Shown here one piece after another: positions 55,893 through 64,000 of a stretch of 64,000 nucleotides of DNA (position 1 is the stretch's first letter; each line of letters begins with the position of its first letter). The stretch is taken from assembly GCA_000004985.1 (NCBI GenBank), contig GG738849.1. One strand, 5' to 3'. Position numbers and translations under genes: made by a program. Source of the stretch: Naegleria gruberi (Eukaryota). Under the pieces are notes generated by a model. That model did no database searches. It saw nothing but the letters and a program-made list of their open reading frames with translations, and was not told where the DNA came from.

Positions 55893-58413
55893 TTAATTCT
55901 CCACCAAGTATTCTCTGATTGTCGTATGATAACCCTTCAGTAAATGCTCAACAAACTTTTCATCTCTATTCTGTTCAATAGTATTGATGAGGTGAAGTAA
56001 CTTTTTGGAGGGAACATCCTCACCCTTCTCCATCAAATAGGTTTCTAAATAGACCTTCTTTTCCTTTAGCTCAGATAGTATATTCTCTACACTTGTATTG
56101 TTGTTGAAGAGATTGAAAATAGAGTGGTATTGGAGAATCTTTTGATTTTGATTCTTATTTTCCAACTCGTACATCCATTCTACAATATTGATTAGGAAAG
56201 ATAATAATAAGAAATGTTGATGAAAACAAAGAATACTTACCATCACCTTCAACTTTGGATTCTCTGATAATTTCGTAAATAGTTTGTGGAGTATTGTCGT
56301 GGGTTGTGTCTTTCTGATGTGAGTTGGAGGAGAATACTGAATTGTGTGGGATTATTCTGTCGACTGGTCTGACAACAAAGTGCTCATTATTTGCAGTTTG
56401 CTCGTCGACAAGGATGGATATTCTGTACAATGAAGCCAAATGGCTTAACCTTTGAGACATTTTACATGCATTGGAAATAATAGAGTAGACTCTTGAGGTT
56501 TTAGTTCCCAAGTTTCCAACGTAAGAAGAGCGAGTAGAGATTCCTATGAAGCACTCGATCTGAGTTTCGCTCAGATCTTGTTGTTGGTTGATTTGATCCA
56601 TAACTTTTCTAATTTTAAGAGCTAACTCTTGAGCTACCAAGTTGGACTTTTTCTTCTTGCTTTCTATTATTATTTGGTATTCATCTAGGGCAATAATTTG
56701 ATAATCACATTGGAAAACCTTTGCTGCTTCTGAAATACTAGTCAAAATTTTAGGGAATATACTTGAAACTGTTTCATGAGAATGATTTTTCAACAAGTTA
56801 CTCAATCTTACATTCACTACTGAGCACTCTTTGTGTGTGAGACCTAATTTAAAAAGACCACCCTTGTGATGAGTACCACTATCATTTGTTCGATTTCTGT
56901 CACTAAAACTACTGTTCAACCCAGTGCTAACCGAAATATCTGTTCCTTCTTGCTTCTTTTCTGCAATAGGTTCTTCCTCAATGTTTTGATTCTGTTGTAA
57001 TTGGAGGAATACTGATTCAGGAACAAAGGCCTTAATTTCTTTTAACCACTTAACTGTAATGGACAAGCTTGTATAGACTTGATTTAATTCATTGAACATG
57101 GAATTGGAATGTCTGACATTCTCAAGCTCGAAGATTTTGATAAATTCAAATTGGTTTCTGAGATAGGAAATTGGTTTCAAAATAATCATTGAAAGCACGA
57201 CTGAAAATGCAATACCAATAAGCGTAATCAAAACGGCAACACCAACCGAAACACCAATACTAATGTGAGTGGTTTGCAAAATATCTTGTGTTACTACAAT
57301 GACATACATATCCCATTTGATATTTTCAAATTCGTAAACAACATGTCGCACAAGATAATCAACACCATTTGAGGAAATTGAAGTACCTTTTGGTAGCTTA
57401 CTGATATCACCAATAGTTGAATTGATATCTTTCATTAACTTGCCTGCATTTCTAGCCGAAATATCAAAAATACTCAATCTTGACTTTTCATCAAATGTTG
57501 TACAATTGATACTGCCAGCTATTACATAGTCGTTTGAGCTTTCTTTGATAATTACAAAACCTTGGTCGAAGACTTGGACCTTCTTCTCAAGAAAATCACT
57601 AATACCAGAAAGTGGCTTGACAATTCTTGCAATACCTTTCAAATGTTTGGTTCCTTGAGCGAATAATTGTTGGTCATACACCTTGGCACCAAATGAAATG
57701 GACAAGGTTCCGTTTGTAACAATGTAAGGATAACTGAAAGCTCCCTCCTTCCCAATTCTAGCTGCTTCACTCACAGCAACATAGTAAAAGTCCTTCTTTG
57801 CCACATTGTAAGGAGTATAATCAATAGTTTCATTTAACACAAGAAGAGTACCATTCAACAAATAGGTATCACGAATTGAGCCAATGAAACCAGGAGGTTG
57901 ATAAGAGTAGACAATTTCCTGTTTACCTTGTTTTCCAATAATGGTATAGGAATATCTTTCTGAAGGATTTGTAAATGCATAACCAGCACTCAACCCACTC
58001 ACTTTGAAAGGAGTATAAAAGTATTTTCTAAAGTAATCAGTTGTAGCCAATCCATAATTATAGTGATCTGCCATCGTCATGCCAGTATTTTTCATTTCGT
58101 TCAAAACCGAGTCAATATAAACACTCATCTTTTCTTCAAGCAAACCAAGAACATTTTCAGTTAGTTCATCCACTGATTGATTCATCAATACAAATACAGA
58201 GACATAGATAGAAACAGAACACAACAAGACAAGCATTATCATTGAGACAATTATAAATGTCTTTAAAGAGCAACAAGTTGTTTTCTTTCCAGTGCCAAAG
58301 AAGGACCCATCATCAGAGAAAGATGCAATACTCTGGTCCTCCTTATGATTTTCTATAACACTTGCAGTGGTGGGTGTTATCTTCATGTCTTTTTTAAAAA
58401 GAATTGTTTTCAT
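55893..58413 (-). CDS. Receptor-type membrane protein: TM1, a Cache-like extracellular sensor domain of about 300 aa, TM2, a linker, and a class-III nucleotide-cyclase-homology domain that is probably degenerate. One intron is about 56180..56240.
   Basis: The 774-aa ORF plus a downstream exon. The cyclase-homology block is ...CSVVNVRLSNL...VFQCDYQIIALDEYQIIIESKK...IECFIGISTRSSYVGNLGTKTSRVYSIISNACKMSQRLSHLASLYRISILVDEQTA. No canonical metal-binding Asp pair was found. Confidence 0.45.
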
Positions 58414-59169
58414 CAAATGTTTTAAAAAGTTGTAGTTTATGCACGAATCTGAACCTAAAGTCCAAAAGAACTTATGCACATTAGAATAATGCGTCTTTCG
58501 AAACTATCTCTTTCAGCACAAATAACAGCGATCTAACACTCCCACTTGGCAGAGATTTAGCTCAAGAACAAGCTGACACACAATAGGCATTGAATTTTGG
58601 CGCCTTTTTTCTGTACAATTTTAGCTAAATTGTCAGTTCAATTGATACACAACTATGCCTCGATAATCCTTTAGTATGTATCGGTGTAGTCGAGAATGTC
58701 TAAAATCACTTTTTTTGTTCTACCTCAATGATCAGGAAAGGATGGATTTTGATAAAATTTGTTTAAATTTCTTCTGAGATTGAGGAAAAGCCAATGAAAC
58801 CCATATCTAGTGTAAGTAAATTCATGCACTTTTTAGAGAAGTGAAGGCCAAGAAATAGTGTCTTCTTTTCATACGCCCAAGGAAGATGATCTATGTTATT
58901 TACAAGAAAGAATCTGACAATTATTAGATTTTGAACTCAAATTAGTTTAGAATAGGTTTAATTTTGTCTAATGAGTGGAAAAGTTGATTCCAAACAACAA
59001 CAAATGAAAAGTTTATTGAAGGAACTATTTGAATTGCGTTTGGTTTCTTACTTCTAAATCAAATGAAAGATCTATTGTAGGATCCAGAATGCTTTCAATC
59101 GTTGCTATGAGATATTGTGTAGATTCCAACGAGCAATCCAGCATTTTACGTTTATGGCACAACACGAAC

Positions 59170-59960
59170 AATCAGTGGATGATTAATTTTCTCCAGAATC
59201 TTCTTTGAAGAATCCAACAAGTTGTCACTAAGCATGGAGTAATTCTTCACTTCTGAAAGAGCTTGAAGAATATCTCTCAATATTTGAATACAGAACAGAC
59301 CTGGATCAGAAAAATTATGATCGTAAAGTTGACGCTCTGAAAGAAGTTTTTCTGTGACTGTTATTATATAATCATTGCTAACGTTTTACACAAAAAATTA
59401 CTCTCAATATGTTTTACAATATTCATGGCGTCCTGATTTTCATATCTTTTTTCGGATAATTTGAAGAAAATGTTGCATTGATTTTTCATTTCTCCATGAC
59501 CATAAATTTGCCTACTTCCTTCGCAATCGATTTCAGCATTCTTAATGCCATACTTTTCTAACGTACTAATATCGAATTGTAGAATATCTTTTTTAGATTT
59601 CGAATTATTCTCAGGTGTGTGGATTAACATGTCGTCTTTAATTTGAAGGGATAGCATTTCCTGATTAAGAATATTTAAATCATCTTGTAGCATTGCCTTA
59701 AAACAAAACATATCTAAATTAAGTAATAACAAGACAGTAAACTGTTTTTTATCTCACCAAAAAAATAACAAACACCATACCCAATAATGATTGTGTTATC
59801 ACTCAACTCTGTCTCACCTTTAGAAAAAATGGAGGTTCACGACCACCCAAATATCTTTCTTGAATTGAATAGTTGGCCTCTGGCAAGGAAATGAAATTTT
59901 GAAACGATCTCAAGTTAGATGTACGATGAACTTTTTGCATACTATCTTTGATATCTTTCA
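59170..59960 (-). pseudogene. Disrupted or unresolved ORF; a possible pseudogene or an unusually spliced gene.
   Basis: Exon 1 (MKDIKDSMQKVHRTSNLRSFQNFISLPEANYSIQERYLGGREPPFFLK|GTGAGA..) is followed by a second exon ending NIVKHIESNFLCKTLAMII*. The next frame (+1) continues for 70 aa; only a 24-nt gap is available, which is too short for an intron in this genome. Confidence 0.2.
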
Positions 59961-61679
59961 TGTCGAGATGTCAATTCCACCATTTTACTATAGACTTTTG
60001 ACGTTGTATCATAAAGTGTACTCCAACTCGCTCATTTTCCTTATAATCTACCTAGAATTGTATCACACAGTTATGGCATCTGTACTAGTTTTGAAACAAT
60101 TCATACCCTCTCATTCAGTCAATCAGGAAATGCTCAATGTCAACAATGTTTATCCATTTGAACACTCCATCTCAGAAAAAGTTCATCCAATGAGATACGA
60201 GTTTTTATTGTTACGGGTAGCATATACAATCAGAATTCAACATCTCAACAACGAAACCAGATCTAATCTTTAGTCAATAAAGTTGAAAACAACCATCTTG
60301 TTATGGCTTCTGCAGTTCTGTCATCTTTTAGTCTTAGTTTTTCAAAAGCATGTCCAATCTTGGCTTCGTCATCTCCATTAAAACCTATCAATGCGGCCAC
60401 AATGATTTCCAGGTCAGAACCTTCCGTATCATTGGCATCTTTTGCTCTATTTTGCTTAGTCCAACACCACTGAAGCAGTTAACAATTCTTGGATGGACTC
60501 AACTGACCATGTGGAACAAGTATCCATATCTAATTGGTGCTGTCTCATTCTGAAAATTCCTGTTTTCCTTTTTAGAGTTTGGATTTTGGAGAAAGGATTT
60601 TCTTTTTTAAAGTATTTTCGTTTGTTCTATTGATTGTTTTATATTCCTTACTTCCTTCAGATAGACCTTCTGTAGATGAACTTTCCACTTCTGGTATGAG
60701 TTTTACAACTTCTTCCCCAAGAAATCAACAGGATACTTGGACACCCAACTATCATATAAAAGCTCCATAAATTCTTTCAACCTAGATATGCTTCTTGAAA
60801 ATAAGTGTACCTGAAGGGAAGTCTCTGCCATTTTGTTTTTATTAGATGGTGTGCAATCTGTTCGATAAACTTGCCCATAAACATGGGCTTGTATTGCAAA
60901 TGCTCTTATTGTTCTTTTGGCTTGTTTTCCTCCAGGAACGTAAATAGCTAGTGTGAAATGGGTGGGTATTTCATACGTAACAGAAACTTGCTTGTTATCT
61001 CCATTTAGAAGCTAGACATGCCGTGGGCCATGGTAGTAGTTGTATTTTTTTTTGTGTTAAAAATACATACCAACCGTAGTCTCCTTAGTTAACAGTCTAT
61101 TACTACAGGAGTTTCAAATGATGAATTGGATGTTGAATATCAGCAAGTTTCTAATTAAATAATAATAAAACTCATTATACACAAACACTACTTCAAAGGC
61201 ACGGTCATGATTCAATAGAATTTACTGACAAAGAAACATGCTGGCACTTCATGAAACATTCAATAAGAAGATTTTCTCTCCAAACTTAATGCCAGGTTTT
61301 GAGATACTGGTGGGCTTTGAATTTAACGAAAATGATTTGCATGTTGTTTGCCTTCTTGATGTGTTTTGAAGCTAAGGGAGTAGTGCACAATTTCCTTTTT
61401 GCTTAAAATATTTACCTCAAAACGGCATGGTAACTATTGACGATGTGGAATGGGAGTCTTCTTTTCATTGAAGGACTAACCACTTTCTGCTTGCATTGTA
61501 AAATCTCTAAACCTAAAAATAACTTCAAATACAAGATTGAAACAACAAAACCTTCAAATCCAAAAATACATATTCTAATTTTAAATTCAAACCAAAAAAA
61601 ACAACTTTTTGTGTAAACCTACTCGTTAAATTGCCTCTTTTGCAAAACGAAAATATAATTAAACCTATTAATTTCAAAA

Positions 61680-63093
61680 ATGATGATTAACAATACTATT
61701 AACGCTCAAGACAATATTGCTCTCTACAAGTACAAGCAACAATTAGAACAATTGGAAAATTGCAAAGGCTTGGGAACATCTGTTATTACCTTGTTGGTTA
61801 GTTGCAAGACTTCATTGACTCAAGTTATTTCTCAAATGGATCAACGTTTGACAAAGTCTAACAATATCAAGTCGTGTATTTAACAGGAATAGTGTTCAAG
61901 TGGCTACAAGGACTGTTATATCCAGATTAAAGCTATTGAAACAGACACCTGCTAATGGTTTGGCAATTTTCTGTGGAATGGTAAATCCAGATTCTGCTCC
62001 AGGTTTATTCTCTGATGATGAATCTAGTTTGGTGGTTGATAACGGTTTAGAAGGCTCTGACAATAATGCACATGTTGATTTGAAGAAATTGTGTGTTATG
62101 ATTGAACCACCAAATCCAATTGACAGCAATCTTTACTATTGTGACGATTGTTTCCATGTTGAACAGTTGAGAAGTCAATTGCAAGAATTTAATTCTGGAA
62201 AAACTTATGGTGTAATTGTTATTACAGGTACAGGTACTTTGTATGGTACTTTACGTGGAAATACCAGTAGTATTTTACGTGAATTTTCTCATGAACTTCC
62301 AAAGAAACATTCTAAGGGAGGTCAATCTCGTGAAAGATTTGCTAGAAATAGAGAAATTGCCAAGAATGAATATCTCAAGATTATTGCAGAGAAGGCAAAT
62401 GGTTTATTCGTTTCTTCAGCTCTCAATGCTCCAACTGTTGATGCTATTATTCTTGCTGGATGTGCAGAATTGAAGAATGAATTACTTTCTCTCAAATCTG
62501 ATTGTTTAGACTATAGATTGAGAACTAGAATTTTAACTGTTGTTGATGTTGCATATGGTGGCAGACCTGGATTTTATCAAGCTATTCAACTTGCACAAAA
62601 TGAAATTCAAGATTCTAGATTCTTGGAAGAGAGTGAAACCATTCAAGAGCTATTGAATTTACTTTCCAAAGGATCCAAGGCTGTTGTTGGTTTGGAAGAA
62701 ACCATGTTTGCTATTGCAAGTGGTTGGGCTAGTAAGGTAATCTTGTGCGAAAAGCAATCATCCTTGAAGAGAGTTACACTCTCTGATGATTCTGTTCACT
62801 ATTTGGAAGAAGACAAGATTAAATTCTTATTGGAAAGAAATTCTGTCAAGGTTGCTAGAATTGAAAACCTTATTGATTATTTAGTTGACAATTACAAGAA
62901 AATTGGTATTGACAAGTTGTCTCTTGTTACTGATTGTACTAATGAGGGAAATATGTTTTTGAAGGGCTTCTCAGGTATTGGTGCTATTCTAAAGTTTGAT
63001 GTAAATGTTGCCTCTCTTCTCTCTGAGGAGAAGGATAACTTTGAAGCTTTTGAAGAGGAAGCCTACAATGAAGACTTGTCCGAATTCTACTAA
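61680..63093 (+). CDS. ERF1: Divergent eukaryotic release factor 1 (eRF1) with NIKS, YxCxxxF and GGQ motifs intact. The coding sequence is split by an in-frame TAA (61881..61883) with continuation in the +1 frame (ORFs 61680..61883 and 61852..63093).
   Basis: Frame 0 reads ...GLGTSVITLLVSCKTSLTQVISQMDQRLTKSNNIKSCI*. The +1 frame reads NRNSVQVATRTVISRLKLLKQTPANGLAIFCGMVN...YYCDDCFH...GVIVITGTGTLYGTLRGNTSSILREFSHELPKKHSKGGQSRERFARNRE...AILAGCAELKNEL...VVDVAYGGRPGFYQAIQL..., and is colinear with human eRF1 [38 protein letters not shown]...YLCDNKFH...KKHGRGGQSALRFARLR. The stop is TAA at 63091-63093. Confidence 0.8.
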
Positions 63094-63299
63094 ATGGATT
63101 AGAAAGTATATTAAGGATGAATTACAAATTAGATCCTTCAATTATTTGAACAACAACAAAATAAACTACAATTGTGTGAAGAATATTTTTTTGGCTTCTG
63201 CTGAATGGATAGCTATTGAGGGGTTAAGAAATGGCGCCATAGTTAGTTAATCGTTGTATCTGTCTAAACATACAATGTCTAATAACAACTTTAAAAAAA

Positions 63300-63695
63300 A
63301 TGTCTGAAATTGTATATTCTGTTATGGAGTACTTGTTGGATGAACAATTCGGTGATGCTGTAGGTAAATTAAAAACATGATTCTAAATAATGGATGATAA
63401 GGTAGAAGAGTTCGGTAATAAGCACTGTGATATCTTTGAAATTGATGAAGAAGAACAAAAATTGGAATATACAAATGTATACAACAAATTCGTAAAGCTT
63501 TTTGAATCCAAAGTTGAAGAATTGCTTAAACAAAAGGGAGTCACACCTCAAGAATTTTATATTGAATGTAAAAGATTGTCTGAGGAAGAAAACGATCAAG
63601 AAATTGTAGAGTTCTTGTTAGCACTTTCAGATTATCAAGTATTTTACAACATGATGAAGGAAATCAAGTTGAGAAAACTAGGAAAACAACAATAA
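63300..63695 (+). CDS. ARL2BP: ARL2-binding protein (ARL2BP/BART)-like in two exons; the intron is about 63363..63404.
   Basis: MSEIVYSVMEYLLDEQFGDA|VEEFGNKHCDIFEIDEEEQKLEYTNVYNKFVKLFESKVEELL...EIVEFLLALSDYQVFYNMMKE is colinear with human ARL2BP ...DAVVGYLEDIIMDDEFQLLQRNFMDKYYLEFEDTEENKLIYTPIFNEYISLVE...FDMLLTFTDFLAFKEMFLDY. Confidence 0.7.
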
Positions 63696-64000
63696 AACCA
63701 TTGTATTTTTAATAATTTATTATCATCATTGAGTAAGGAATTAGAGTAGTACGTTTATTGAATAAATGAAAAGAAATTAAAGGAATGGTACAGAATATTC
63801 TGTAACTTCTCACTCTATCTCAAAGTTGTAGAATGTTGTTATCAAAGTCTACTAAGGGACGTTTGTAACAAAATTTTCATTCATCAACCTGTCATCCCAG
63901 AGTGATATCAATGTGTCGTTGATGCAGTAATGTATGCCTTGTTGATTCCGATACTGTACAATTAGAAGTAATCAAAATTAATAGGTGTCACTTCTGATGA

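Noticed and set aside
61870-61910. A short intron (GTCGTG...ACAAG, 41 nt) joining the two eRF1 ORFs.
   Set aside because: The donor is non-consensus for this genome (which uses GTAAGT/GTATGT/GTGAGT), and 41 nt is below the observed intron sizes. It would also delete the serine of NIKS and the conserved SRVNR-like segment, whereas a simple +1 shift preserves exact colinearity with eRF1.
1-64000. Stop-codon reassignment (a ciliate-like code) as an explanation for the divergent eRF1 and the in-frame stops.
   Set aside because: All long conserved genes (HBS1 at 803 aa, importin-9, GH47 mannosidase, RBM25) are uninterrupted under the standard code once introns are removed. Trp is encoded by TGG (for example WLSS in frataxin). 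Genes end with TAA (most), TAG (the MFS gene and the hydrolase) or TGA (one gene). There is no sign that any stop codon is used as a sense codon.
1-64000. CRISPR arrays, prokaryotic operons, transposon ends (TIR, LTR) and integrases.
   Set aside because: No direct-repeat/spacer periodicity, no transposase, integrase or RT-like ORFs, and no long terminal or inverted repeats were seen. The only tandem repeat of note is the intronic GTAAGT array reported as a finding.

Overview
This window is a 64-kb segment of an AT-rich eukaryotic nuclear chromosome. Nothing in it looks prokaryotic, and no clear mobile element was recognised. Most stop codons are TAA, with a few TAG and one possible TGA, so the standard genetic code appears to apply. 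Protein inserts rich in N, S, Q and T are common.

Gene density is very high, with about 40 protein-coding genes on both strands and short intergenic regions. Most genes are interrupted by short spliceosomal introns of about 40-60 nt, occasionally 190-580 nt. These introns begin GTAAGT, GTATGT or GTGAGT and end YAG, often with a CTAAT-like branch point. The ORF track breaks at these introns, so many genes were reassembled by hand from adjacent ORFs.

Products recognised by conserved motifs are listed in the features. They include squalene synthase (partial), an HBS1-like translational GTPase, ELP5/IKI1, ZNF207/BuGZ, frataxin, SF3B5, NSE1, a small TIM, RBM25, a GH47 alpha-1,2-mannosidase, an aquaporin, importin-9, a golgin like CASP/Coy1, an SCP2-type thiolase, a kinase of the DGK1/dolichol-kinase family, ARL2BP/BART, TRAP-alpha, a cytochrome c oxidase subunit like COX7C/Cox8, and a receptor-type protein with a cyclase-homology domain. 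Two tRNA genes are present: Gly-UCC and Asp-GUC.

The most striking observation is a divergent eRF1 (class-I release factor) gene. Its reading frame is interrupted after the NIKS motif by an in-frame UAA, and the conserved protein continues in the +1 frame (AUU UAA C). This is either a programmed +1 frameshift analogous to bacterial prfB (RF2) autoregulation, or a single-base homopolymer error.

Other notable points are a tandem array of 8-9 GTAAGT 5'-splice-site units at roughly 50-bp spacing inside an ankyrin-gene intron, an NSE1 without its RING domain, a protein with seven ECTFKP repeats, and several further same-strand frame discontinuities.
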